In this document: piece after piece, positions 46,977-55,818 of the stretch
How the letters are laid out: every line of letters starts with the position of its first letter
Numbering within the stretch: the first letter of the stretch is position 1
Source: an uncultured Chloroflexia bacterium
GTDB taxonomy: Bacteria; Chloroflexota; Anaerolineae; Anaerolineales; Anaerolineaceae
Assembly: GCA_963820415.1 (NCBI GenBank)
Contig: CAWFZT010000004.1
Coordinates: forward strand, 261,344-325,343
Direction: 5' to 3'
Length of the DNA stretch: 64,000 nt
Notes under the pieces: model-generated
The model's input: only the letters and a program-made list of their open reading frames with translations
Database searches by the model: none
Told to the model about the DNA's origin: nothing
Translations under genes and position numbers: made by a program

Positions 46977-47283
46977 ATTCCATAATTTCCTTTCACTTCT
47001 GTTTCCGCTAAAAGCAGAACTCTAAACAGCCGGAAAAGAATTCCGGAGTTATCTAAACTTAACAATTGAACCTGTTATCTGTACAACGATTTCAACGGTT
47101 GCGTCAAAACGCTCCTTTTCAAATGCAATGCCAGGATTCTGTTAGGTAAATAGATGGTGACCAAAGCCTTTTTGCGTAGTTGTTCTGGTAAAGGGTAACT
47201 TTGCGGAAAGGATTTACTCGTCAAGATGTTGTGGAAGTGCCCAGGCGTACGTTTCTGGTGGCGATCCCACAAATATGTGGGTG

Positions 47284-47379
47284 CAACTCGCGCACGTAAA
47301 CGTTCATCCCGCCGGTATCCTTGCCTCCCAGGATTGCCAGCGGGCAGGTGTGGTAAGATAGCATCGCCACGTTAAGCAT
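47284..47379 (-). pseudogene. 5' fragment (32 codons) of a second GT4 (MshA-like) gene
   Basis: The encoded MLNVAMLSYHTCPLAILGGKDTGGMNVYVREL is identical to the intact gene despite 7 nucleotide differences. Homology ends at codon 33. Confidence 0.85.
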
Positions 47380-47422
47380 ACTCTTGTCTATTCTAACTTG
47401 CTCCTGGTATAATCTGCAAGCC

Positions 47423-47495
47423 GCCACCGTAGCTCAGTTGGTAGAGCAGACGATTTGTAATCGTCCGGTCAAGGGTTCGACTCCATTCGGTGGCT
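47423..47495 (+). tRNA. tRNA-Thr (anticodon UGU), with one T-stem mismatch
   Basis: It is identical to 43144-43216 except for anticodon loop TTTGTAA (C34 to T) and T-stem 3' strand CCATT, which gives a G:A mismatch. Confidence 0.8.
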
Positions 47496-47564
47496 TTTTT
47501 ATTTTAATTTCCAGTAACTGCTCAGGCACTGGGGTGGTAAACATTCTTTAGAAACGAAAAGAGG

Positions 47565-47705
47565 TCACTGTAAGGTGAACTCCTTTCTTAAGGTTGAGTA
47601 TAGCATTGCCTGATCATTCACAGTATAGACTTGAGAAGGCGTCTGGTAGTCGAGGGCCTGGTGAGGGCGCCCGAAGTTGAAGAAGTGGAAGTAGTCTTTG
47701 AAAAG
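47565..47705 (-). mobile_element. C-terminal relic of an rve (DDE integrase-core) transposase, IS3/IS481-like
   Basis: The minus-strand translation is LFKDYFHFFNFGRPHQALDYQTPSQVYTVNDQAMLYSTLRKEFTLQ*. It carries the typical Y/FN..RPHQAL.Y.TP..VY tail. No upstream part is present. Confidence 0.7.
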
Positions 47706-47714
47706 GACAATAAA

Positions 47715-47951
47715 TTATTGTTGTATTTTTATTGTCTTCCAAAGAGGATTTAGGTAATCTATGCTTTCACCGGAAAATCTAGCGTGATCTTGATGATGTA
47801 TACACTCTGGGTTATTACAAAGAAAATTGTCACACAGAATTGATGAAGGCATATCCTTTTTATATTTTAATTCCCTTAAATCCACAATTTTCATTATATT
47901 GGATGCATAGCAAAATTTAGACATAGGTGTTTCACTATAAGCCTTTGCCAT
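47715..47951 (-). CDS. small Cys/His-containing hypothetical protein in AT-rich DNA
   Basis: 78-aa ORF only. No family recognised and no clear SD. Confidence 0.3.
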   Translation of the reverse strand: MAKAYSETPMSKFCYASNIMKIVDLRELKYKKDMPSSILCDNFLCNNPECIHHQDHARFSGESIDYLNPLWKTIKIQQ

Positions 47952-48026
47952 TTCTGTACCCTCCCTTTATGAATTGTGAAAACAATTCATAATAATTATA
48001 TACCTTTAATCTTAACTGTCTGCCGT

Positions 48027-48662
48027 CTAAATGGCATCCTCCGTCCTTTTCTTGCTGGCCAATTTCTGCGCGGGGCGGCTGAAAACCCAGGTAATTCCCA
48101 CAAAAATACCTATGGCTGCCATAGCTGCCCCGCCGGCCAGGTCCAGCACGTAATGCTGTTTGGTAAAAAGGGTTGCGCCAATCACCAGCATCACCATCCC
48201 AAGCATAGGGATAAGCAGCTTGGGTTTCCAGCGCGTTCCGAAATAAGCCACCAGCACGGCAAAATACATGTGCCCGCTGGGAAATGCGTTATTAGGCCGG
48301 TCGTTAGCGTACAAAAAACGCAGCAGGTTGGAAGCCCAATCCTGGCCGGTGATCTCTGGGCGCTGTACATAGGTCGGCCAGAAGATGAAAATCAACATAC
48401 TGGGTAAGATAGTGACCAGCGAGGCCAGGATGTACGCCTTGAACAGGCGCTCCTCCATCTTGAAAACTGCCCACAGGTCGAACAGCACCCATACCCCTAG
48501 CATCAAGAAGTATGGGACAGTCCAAATGGGCCAGAGCGGGATGAGGCGATCCAGGGGAGTGTCCAGGAGCACTCCCCCATGCATGACCCGGTTGGTCAGA
48601 GTGTAGACGCATTGGGCCAAAACGACGATCACTGCCAGGGCGAGGCGTTTGGTAAGGCGCAT
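48027..48662 (-). CDS. PAP2-superfamily membrane phosphatase/phosphotransferase
   Basis: 211 aa and polytopic, with FPSGHM and TKQHYVLD motifs. Confidence 0.7.
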   Translation of the reverse strand: MRLTKRLALAVIVVLAQCVYTLTNRVMHGGVLLDTPLDRLIPLWPIWTVPYFLMLGVWVLFDLWAVFKMEERLFKAYILASLVTILPSMLIFIFWPTYVQRPEITGQDWASNLLRFLYANDRPNNAFPSGHMYFAVLVAYFGTRWKPKLLIPMLGMVMLVIGATLFTKQHYVLDLAGGAAMAAIGIFVGITWVFSRPAQKLASKKRTEDAI

Positions 48663-48716
48663 GCTAGCCTGAATTATATAACACCTGGCAGGGATAGTCC
48701 TGTTTTTACTTTCGAA

Positions 48717-49694
48717 TTAATCGTCGAAGACCCGCGGCCGGTTTCCCAGGATGCCTTCTATGCGTTCCATCACGTCTGGGGTAAGCTTTTCAGCTACCTC
48801 GGACGCTTTCATGTTTTCGACCACCTGCTCGGGACGGCTGGCGCCAGTGATGACTGTGCTGACGTGGGGATTTTTCAGCGCCCAGGCCAGGGCAAGCTGC
48901 GCCAGGCTGGCGCCCAGGTCGCTGGCAACCGGCAGGAGGTTCTTGATTACCTGCGCTTTCTCAGGCGCCAGAGCATAATCCCTGAGCCATCCCATATCTG
49001 GCAAGTCCATGCGGCTGCCTTTGGGAATGCCATTCAGATATTTGCCCGACAGGAGGCCCGAAGCCAGCGGGCTGTATATGGTCGTGCCATAGCCCAGGTC
49101 CCGGAATAGCGGCGCATATTCAACTTCGAAGCGCTGGCGGTTGAGCATGTTGTACTGCGGCTGTTCCATGCTGGGCGGGGTCAATCCGTATTGGCGGGCG
49201 ATCCCATCCGCCCGCATGATATCGGCGGCAGACCATTCCGAAGTGCCCCAATAAAAAGCTTTACCCTGGCGGATGACCAGGTCGAAGGCGCGCACCGTCT
49301 CTTCAATCGGAGTATTGGAGTCAGGCCGGTGGGCGAAAACCAGGTCCACGTAATCGAGTTGGAAGCGGTGTAAGGAATTATTGACCCCTTCGATGATGTG
49401 TTTATGGGATAACCCGGTGTCATTCGGCCCGTCTCCGCCCCAAAAAATCTTTGTTGAGACGACGTAGCTCGACCGGCGCCAGCCCATTTTCTTCAAGACG
49501 TTCCCCATCACCATTTCAGCATTTCCGTGGGCATAGGCTTCGGCGTTATCGAAAAAGTTCACCCCATTTTCATAAGCGGCTTTCATACAGGCTGCCGCGG
49601 TGTCTTCGCCTATCTGTTCGCCAAATGTGACCCAAGACCCCAAGGATAATTCACTCAATTTCAGCCCGGCTTTCCCTAAACGACGGTAGTTCAT
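48717..49694 (-). CDS. aldo/keto reductase (Kv-beta/Tas-like)
   Basis: 325 aa. The N-terminus is [21 protein letters not shown], and FFDNAEAY and [11 protein letters not shown] are present. Confidence 0.85.
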   Translation of the reverse strand: MNYRRLGKAGLKLSELSLGSWVTFGEQIGEDTAAACMKAAYENGVNFFDNAEAYAHGNAEMVMGNVLKKMGWRRSSYVVSTKIFWGGDGPNDTGLSHKHIIEGVNNSLHRFQLDYVDLVFAHRPDSNTPIEETVRAFDLVIRQGKAFYWGTSEWSAADIMRADGIARQYGLTPPSMEQPQYNMLNRQRFEVEYAPLFRDLGYGTTIYSPLASGLLSGKYLNGIPKGSRMDLPDMGWLRDYALAPEKAQVIKNLLPVASDLGASLAQLALAWALKNPHVSTVITGASRPEQVVENMKASEVAEKLTPDVMERIEGILGNRPRVFDD

Positions 49695-49834
49695 CTTTCC
49701 TCCTGAAATATTAACGTTTTAAGACCTATTATATACTAATTGAGGAAAAAGTCTGCATAATGGAACAGCTTTTGTAAAATCATTACGCCAGTTACCCCAT
49801 TTCCCCATCAGTTTCGTTTATAATTAAGTTAATC

Positions 49835-49927
49835 GTTCTCTGGGAATAGCCGTGGTGAACTCCCAGATTTTAGCTTGTCATGACATCCCAAAATCTGGGG
49901 ACTTTCTATGGTAAATTCCAATGAGCC
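49835..49927 (-). repeat. palindromic intergenic repeat, copy 8 (complete, inverted orientation)
   Basis: The copy reads GTTCTCTGGGAATAGCCGTGGTGAACTCCCAGATTTTAGCTTGTCATGACATCCCAAAATCTGGGGACTTTCTATGGTAAATTCCAATGAGCC. Confidence 0.9.
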
Positions 49928-50023
49928 AAGTTAATTGTGAAGCGCCGATAGTTTTTGTTGAATAGGGGTCAGGTGGATTTTTTTTGCTTCTACCCGCCAT
50001 ACTAATATCCGGCTTTGGTGATC

Positions 50024-50686
50024 ATGGACAAATGGATTGAATTATTGAAAACATTCTGGGTTCTGCTCCAACAGGGGCAACTGCCAGAAGTCGGACGTTG
50101 GAATTATCTCCTGTTAGCCATCCTGGTTGCGCTCGAAGGGCCGATTGCCACGCTGTTGGGCGCCGCAGCTGCCTCGGCGGGTCTGATGCGCATCTGGGCC
50201 GTCTTTGTCGCCGCAGCGGCCGGCAACCTGACTGCCGACACGCTGTGGTACCTGTTGGGGTATTACGGGAAGGTTGATACGGCTCTCAGGCTGGGGCGGT
50301 GGGCCGGTTTGAAACGCAAACATCTGGACCGCCTCACCGTTGCCATGCAGAAGCATGCGCTTAGAATTCTCTTTTTCGCCAAGCTGACCGCAGGTTTCAT
50401 GATCCCCTCTTTGATTGCTACCGGCCTGGCGCGTATTCCGTGGAAGCGCTGGTTCCCGGTAGTTTTTCTGGGGGAAATGATCTGGACTGGATCGCTCTTG
50501 TTGATTGGTTTTTATACGACCGAAGCGATCAAAGCAGTCGCACAGGGCATCGCCCTGATTGTGGTTGGGGCGTCAATCTTGTTCCTTTTCGTAATTATCT
50601 GGCAGGGGCGCCGCATCTTGATGAGCACCAAAGAATTTAACGATGCCATGTATGGCGAAAACGGTGACAACCATAACAAATCATAG
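50024..50686 (+). CDS. DedA/VTT-domain membrane protein
   Basis: ORF 50015-50686, with the first ATG at 50024. It has LEGPIATLLGAAAASAG...GNLTADTLWYLLGYYG. Confidence 0.7.
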   Translation: MDKWIELLKTFWVLLQQGQLPEVGRWNYLLLAILVALEGPIATLLGAAAASAGLMRIWAVFVAAAAGNLTADTLWYLLGYYGKVDTALRLGRWAGLKRKHLDRLTVAMQKHALRILFFAKLTAGFMIPSLIATGLARIPWKRWFPVVFLGEMIWTGSLLLIGFYTTEAIKAVAQGIALIVVGASILFLFVIIWQGRRILMSTKEFNDAMYGENGDNHNKS

Positions 50687-50759
50687 GTGATTGCGGTGAG
50701 GTCAAGCGGCATTGACCGGCGGCATCTTCACATCATCTTATTCAGAACTGGAGTTCAGG

Positions 50760-51935
50760 ATGCGGATTTTGATCACAGGTTCAACCTATGCCCCTGCCTT
50801 CAACGGGCAGTCTATGTTTACAACCAATCTCGCTGAAGGGTTGGCGCGGCGCGGGCATGAGGTGTGGGTCTTGCTCCCCTCAGATAAGGGTAAGCCATAC
50901 AGCCTGGAGCGCAATGGAGTCCACATCCGTACGGTAAGCGCAACAGAAATAACCTTTCTTCACTCCGAAGCGTACGCCTCTGCATTTCCCGGGTCTGAAG
51001 TAAACCGTTTTCTAAAGGATTTTAAAGCGGACGTTATCCACCTGCAAGACCATTATCCGATCAGTGTAAGTGTATTGTTCCAGTCCAGGCGCTCAAAAAT
51101 AAAGGTGGTTGGCACGAACCATTTTATGCCTGAAAATTTGCTGCCATATATCCCTCTGTCGCCGGTTTTGAAACCGGTCTTGAACCGCATCATGTGGGAA
51201 TGGATGAAGTTTACCTATAATCGGCTGGATATGGTGGTTGCCCCTTCCAGGACGGCAGCCGAAATTATCCGCAAACAGAAGCTGCGCGTGCCTGTACAGG
51301 CCATTTCTTGCGGAGTAAGCCTGCAGCGTTTCCATCCAGATGAGACGGTTGACCGGAGGGCTCTCAGGTTGCGCTATGGCCTTGACCCGCAACGAACTAC
51401 TTTTTTGTTCGTTGGCAGGGTGGATGGTGAAAAGCGGGTAGACGTCTTGATCCGAGCCATCAAATCCTTGGGACGGCATGATATCCAATTGGCGGTTACC
51501 GGGAAAGGGGCTGCCTTACCTGGCCTGAAGGGCCTGGCGCGGGATTTAAAAGTAGATGATTTGGTGCGCTTTACAGGTTTTGTGCCGGATACAGACCTGC
51601 CAGCCCTGCTCAACAGCATCGATGTCTTTGCCATGCCCAGCGAAGCAGAACTGCTCAGTATCGCCAGCCTGGAAGCTATGGCGACCGCCCGGCCTGTCCT
51701 GGCGGCAAATTCTCAAGCTCTGCCAGAACTGGTCGCCAATGATGTGAATGGATACCTGTTCAAGCCCGGCAGCGTTTCCGATATCACGCGCTGTATGGCG
51801 TTGCTGGTGGACCATCCAGAGCGCTGGTCAGCCATGGGCGCAGCCAGCCTGGAAAAAGTGCAGGTGCACAGCCTGGAGAATATGTTGACAAGCTATGAAC
51901 GGCTTTACCTGCAGCTCCTTGAAAAAGCGGATTAA
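50760..51935 (+). CDS. GT4 family glycosyltransferase
   Basis: The ATG at 50760 gives MRILITGSTYAP. It has the E-x7-E region SEAELLSIASLEAMA. Confidence 0.8.
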   Translation: MRILITGSTYAPAFNGQSMFTTNLAEGLARRGHEVWVLLPSDKGKPYSLERNGVHIRTVSATEITFLHSEAYASAFPGSEVNRFLKDFKADVIHLQDHYPISVSVLFQSRRSKIKVVGTNHFMPENLLPYIPLSPVLKPVLNRIMWEWMKFTYNRLDMVVAPSRTAAEIIRKQKLRVPVQAISCGVSLQRFHPDETVDRRALRLRYGLDPQRTTFLFVGRVDGEKRVDVLIRAIKSLGRHDIQLAVTGKGAALPGLKGLARDLKVDDLVRFTGFVPDTDLPALLNSIDVFAMPSEAELLSIASLEAMATARPVLAANSQALPELVANDVNGYLFKPGSVSDITRCMALLVDHPERWSAMGAASLEKVQVHSLENMLTSYERLYLQLLEKAD

Positions 51936-52756
51936 AATTGCCGTTTCAGGCTACGGGATTGGATATCCGCTGAAGCCAGGTGAACTGCATCTACAGGCGG
52001 TAATACCGGGACAGTGATCTGGCCTTCTTCCGGGTCCCCTAAACGGGTGATGTTTTGCGGTTGGTTAATGGATAGCCAACTCACGTAAGCCATTGCCAGG
52101 GCGTTCAGCTCTGGAGGCGAGAAGATTTTTTCCGTCGGGATAATGCTATGTAAAAGACGGAACCGGGTGACCTCTTCAAAGAAGGTCATTGGATCAGATA
52201 CAGGAAGCTCGCGATCGTACAGGACAAGCTGGCGTTGAATTCTTCCTTCGAGTGAGTTGGCCTCAAAGGGGATGGCGCCCAACAGCGCATAAAAAAAGGT
52301 CTCAGATTGGCTTTCCTCCCATTGGCGGGTTGAGTTATCCGAAGGGAAGCAGTTGTAATCAAGGTTGCTGAGGCTTCCGTATAGGTTAAAGCCAGACCGT
52401 ATCCAGCCGGGACTGTCTTCAACGGAAGCCGGGGTGCGAGGGACGCTCACCCCGCGCAGGCGCGCTTCGTACTCCGCCACGCGCATATTGATGCGTCGCC
52501 CGGTATGAGGAGGCGTGTTCATTTTTTGACGGAATTCGGGATCGTTCATCAAGCCGGTATTAGGGCGCTGTGGGGCGTTGATTGTGACCAGCACGCTGCT
52601 CAAGCCGGCGCAGAATCCCAGCACTTCCAGTTCCTCGCCCCGGCTTAGCGCCAGCAGGTGAAAGTCCGCATCCATCGCTGCCAGGGTGTATGGCCTGCGA
52701 CCACCAGAAATATTAATCCCCATATAGGCTAAAGGTTTGAAAACCATGCTAAGCAC
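51932..52756 (-). CDS. hypothetical protein (weak DUF429/RNase H-fold-like resemblance)
   Basis: 274-aa ORF. The N-terminal GINISGG...VLVTINAPQ pattern is the only support for the family. The start could be the ATG at 52723. Confidence 0.45.
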   Translation of the reverse strand: MLSMVFKPLAYMGINISGGRRPYTLAAMDADFHLLALSRGEELEVLGFCAGLSSVLVTINAPQRPNTGLMNDPEFRQKMNTPPHTGRRINMRVAEYEARLRGVSVPRTPASVEDSPGWIRSGFNLYGSLSNLDYNCFPSDNSTRQWEESQSETFFYALLGAIPFEANSLEGRIQRQLVLYDRELPVSDPMTFFEEVTRFRLLHSIIPTEKIFSPPELNALAMAYVSWLSINQPQNITRLGDPEEGQITVPVLPPVDAVHLASADIQSRSLKRQF

Positions 52757-52874
52757 CAGTTTAGCGTAAAATCAGACAGCCCGCAACTGAAATAGAGCCC
52801 CATTTTTTACCGGGCTTCGGCGTGAATGATTTGACACTTCCGTTTGAAAAATTTCTGGACTATACTTATTATTG

Positions 52875-52978
52875 TCCATTGGGATTTTCTGTGAAAGGTC
52901 CCCAGATTTTGGGGGGTGAGCGTGCGTAGCACGTTCACCCCCCAAAATCTGGGAGTTCACCACGGTTATTCCCAGAGG
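52875..52978 (+). repeat. palindromic intergenic repeat, copy 9 (complete)
   Basis: The copy reads TCCATTGGGATTTTCTGTGAAAGGTCCCCAGATTTTGGGGGGTGAGCGTGCGTAGCACGTTCACCCCCCAAAATCTGGGAGTTCACCACGGTTATTCCCAGAGG. Confidence 0.9.
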
Positions 52979-53017
52979 CCCCTTATTCTACCTGATCGGA
53001 AAAGGAGTTACCTGCTT

Positions 53018-54604
53018 ATGACAGCCGAAATGCCCTTTAAACTTACTTATGCGACCATGTTTAACCCACCTGAAGAGCTGCATACCCGGTTTGAAGAAGC
53101 GTTGGTAAAAATCAAACCTGGTTTGGGAAAAGAAAATGCCATGTTGATCGACGGCAAAGAACACTTTACTGCCGAAAAATTCGAAGACCGCTGCCCTGCC
53201 AATACCGATTTGCTCCTGGGTGTTTTCCAAAAAGGGGATGCACAGGATGCCCAGGCAGCCATCGCTGCCGCTAAAAAAGCTTTCCCGTTGTGGAGTCATA
53301 TGAAATGGCAGGAACGGGCAGCTTTAATTTGTAAAGCCGCTGACCTGATGGAAGCACGCATTTTTGAAATGGGTGTCATTGTAGCCATGGAGGTTGGTAA
53401 AAACCGTATGGAAGCCCTGGGGGATGTGGCCGAGACGGTCGAATTATTCCGCTACGCCTGTGAAAGGATGGAAGCCAGCCACGGATTTGAAGTCCAGATG
53501 GGGCGTGATCCCTTGGTAGGGTTTGAATCGACCAATCTTTCGGTTTTACGACCCTATGGCGTCTGGGTGGTGATCAGTCCCTTCAACTTTCCTGCCGCCT
53601 TGACCGGGGGGCCGACAGCCGCAGCCCTTGTCACCGGCAACACGGTTGTGATCAAGCCAGCGACTGACACACCCTGGACATCGCGCCTGATGGCTGAGTG
53701 CCTGCGTGACGCCGGTATTCCGGACGGGGTGTTTAATTTCGTAACCGGCCCTGGCAGCACGCTTGGGCAGGCTTTGATCGAGGCGCCGGAAGTGGCTGGG
53801 ATCACTTTTACCGGTTCCTATGACGTGGGCATGCGCATTTTCCGCGATTATGGCCGAGGACGTTGGATTCGCCCGACCATTCTTGAGTTAGGCGGAAAAA
53901 ATCCTGCTGTGGTGACCAGGCACGCCGACCTCGAAGCTGCCGCGGTTGGCATTATACGCTCTGCTTTTGGCCTCCAGGGACAAAAATGTTCGGCTTGTTC
54001 GCGGGTTTTCATCGAAGAACCGGTTTATGAAAAACTGGTATCCAGGTTGGTCGAATTGACCAACCAACTGGTGATCGGCGATCCCATCGAAAGGTCTACG
54101 AATCTGGGCCCGGTAATCAACCGCGGCTCTTATCGTGATTACCAGGAGTTCAGTGAAGAGCTTGGCCAGTCTGGCGAGATCCTGACCGGTGGGAAGATCC
54201 TGACCGGAAAGAATTATGCCAGGGGATATTTCTGTTTACCTACTCTGGTGGCTGACCTGCCTGAAGATCACCATTTGTGGCAGGACGAAATGTTCGTCCC
54301 TATTACAACCATCGCCCGCGTCAAGAATTTTGACGAGGCCATGCAGCGCGCCAACAACGTACAATATGGCCTGACGGCGGGGTTCTATGGATCTCAGGAT
54401 GAAGCGCAGGCTTTCTACGACCAGGTCCAGGCCGGGGTGACCTACGCCAACCGCTCCCAGGGAGCGACCACCGGCGCCTGGCCCGGTTTCCAACCTTTTG
54501 GCGGATGGAAAGGCTCCGGTTCTACCGGGAAAAATGCTGGAGGTTTGTATTATTTGCCGCTTTACATGCACGAACAAATCCGCAACCTGGTGCGAAAAAC
54601 CTAG
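53018..54604 (+). CDS. aldehyde dehydrogenase family, L-glutamate gamma-semialdehyde (P5C) dehydrogenase-like
   Basis: ORF 52916-54604. The ATG at 53018 follows AAAGGAG, and the upstream part is repeat DNA. It has ELGGKNP and FGLQGQKCSACSR motifs. Confidence 0.75.
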   Translation: MTAEMPFKLTYATMFNPPEELHTRFEEALVKIKPGLGKENAMLIDGKEHFTAEKFEDRCPANTDLLLGVFQKGDAQDAQAAIAAAKKAFPLWSHMKWQERAALICKAADLMEARIFEMGVIVAMEVGKNRMEALGDVAETVELFRYACERMEASHGFEVQMGRDPLVGFESTNLSVLRPYGVWVVISPFNFPAALTGGPTAAALVTGNTVVIKPATDTPWTSRLMAECLRDAGIPDGVFNFVTGPGSTLGQALIEAPEVAGITFTGSYDVGMRIFRDYGRGRWIRPTILELGGKNPAVVTRHADLEAAAVGIIRSAFGLQGQKCSACSRVFIEEPVYEKLVSRLVELTNQLVIGDPIERSTNLGPVINRGSYRDYQEFSEELGQSGEILTGGKILTGKNYARGYFCLPTLVADLPEDHHLWQDEMFVPITTIARVKNFDEAMQRANNVQYGLTAGFYGSQDEAQAFYDQVQAGVTYANRSQGATTGAWPGFQPFGGWKGSGSTGKNAGGLYYLPLYMHEQIRNLVRKT

Positions 54605-54639
54605 ATGGGTAGTCTGATGTCCGCAGGGGTAAAAGGCGC

Positions 54640-54879
54640 ATGCTGAACAAGCTCGGATCGTTTCTTCTCGTGGTGGGGGGAACTTTCTTGGTATTGTTTG
54701 TCCTCTCCATAACTGCGAAATCCCCGGAATATAACCTGCTCGTTCTGGGTGGTCTCATCTTTTTGTTTGGTTCGTTCTTGCACTGGATCAGCCCTCGCCA
54801 GCCATCCCCTCCGAGCGACCGCTTCCACAGTTTCAAGAAATTACGAGCCCGGCCAGGCCAGAAGAATAAAAAGAGTTGA
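54640..54879 (+). CDS. small membrane protein
   Basis: 79 aa with two hydrophobic helices and a basic tail. Confidence 0.45.
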   Translation: MLNKLGSFLLVVGGTFLVLFVLSITAKSPEYNLLVLGGLIFLFGSFLHWISPRQPSPPSDRFHSFKKLRARPGQKNKKS

Positions 54880-54914
54880 CACCGATGGTTGGACAAAAAC
54901 TGCGCTGAGGAATT

Positions 54915-55817
54915 ATGACCAAGCTTTGCTCACTTTCTGAAGCAATCCAAAACTTCGTGCACGATGGAGACACTGTCTATGCGGCCGGTTTTACTCACCT
55001 GATCCCGTTTGCCGCCGGGCATGAAATTATCCGTCAGGGGCGCAAAAACCTGGTGCTGGCCCGCACCACACCCGACTTGATTTATGATCAGATGGTGGCC
55101 GCCGGCTGCGCCAGCAAGGTCATTTTTTCCTACGCAGGTAATCCTGGGGTTGGCTCGCTGCGTATACTCCGGGCAGAGATTGAGGCCGGGCGGCTGGCCT
55201 GGGAAGAGTATTCCCATTTCAGCATGCTATCCCGCTTGCAGGCCGGCGCGTCAGGGCTTCCGTTTATCCCGATGAACCAGACTGCCGCTGAAGACCTCGA
55301 GAAGGTCAACCCGAATTTTCGCCGGGTGATCGATCCTTATAGCGGGTGCGAGGTGGTGGTCGTCCCGCCGCTCAAGCCCTCGGTGGCGATCATTCACGTG
55401 CAGCGAGCGGATGCTGCCGGCAATGCCCAGATTTGGGGGATTATTGGTGAACAGAAGGAGGCTGCTTTTGCCGCCGAACGGGTGATTCTGACCGCCGAAG
55501 AAATCGTAGAGGACGAGATTATTCGCTCGGATCCTAACCGCACGCTCATTCCTGGTTTCATCGTCAATGCTGTCTGTCGCGTATCTTTTTGCTCCCACCC
55601 TTCCTACACCCAGGGGTATTACGACCGGGATAACGCTTTTTACATCAACTGGGATAAAATCAGTCAATCTCGTCAGGCTGTCCAACAGTACCTGGATGAA
55701 TGGGTATTTGGGGTGAAGAACAGGGACGAATATTGGGAAAAACTTGGCCCCGAAGTGCATGCGCGCCTGAAAATCAAGAGCCGTCTTTCAACGCCGGTAG
55801 ATTATGGAGATTATTAA
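54915..55817 (+). CDS. CoA-transferase subunit A (glutaconate/3-oxoacid CoA-transferase family)
   Basis: 300 aa. The N-terminus is KLCSLSEAIQNFVHDGDTVYAAGF. Confidence 0.8.
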   Translation: MTKLCSLSEAIQNFVHDGDTVYAAGFTHLIPFAAGHEIIRQGRKNLVLARTTPDLIYDQMVAAGCASKVIFSYAGNPGVGSLRILRAEIEAGRLAWEEYSHFSMLSRLQAGASGLPFIPMNQTAAEDLEKVNPNFRRVIDPYSGCEVVVVPPLKPSVAIIHVQRADAAGNAQIWGIIGEQKEAAFAAERVILTAEEIVEDEIIRSDPNRTLIPGFIVNAVCRVSFCSHPSYTQGYYDRDNAFYINWDKISQSRQAVQQYLDEWVFGVKNRDEYWEKLGPEVHARLKIKSRLSTPVDYGDY

Positions 55818-55818
55818 G

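Larger units (their letters stand above)
47284..47500 (+). repeat. 217-nt direct repeat, right copy
   Basis: See 43005-43221. Confidence 0.9.

Noticed and set aside
52916-53017. N-terminal extensions in the ORF track (52916, 39284, 33313, 43148, 59171, 60498, 50712)
   Set aside because: The extensions run through palindromic repeats, the tRNA or the preceding gene. Internal ATGs with good SDs give N-termini that match the protein families, so I moved the starts.
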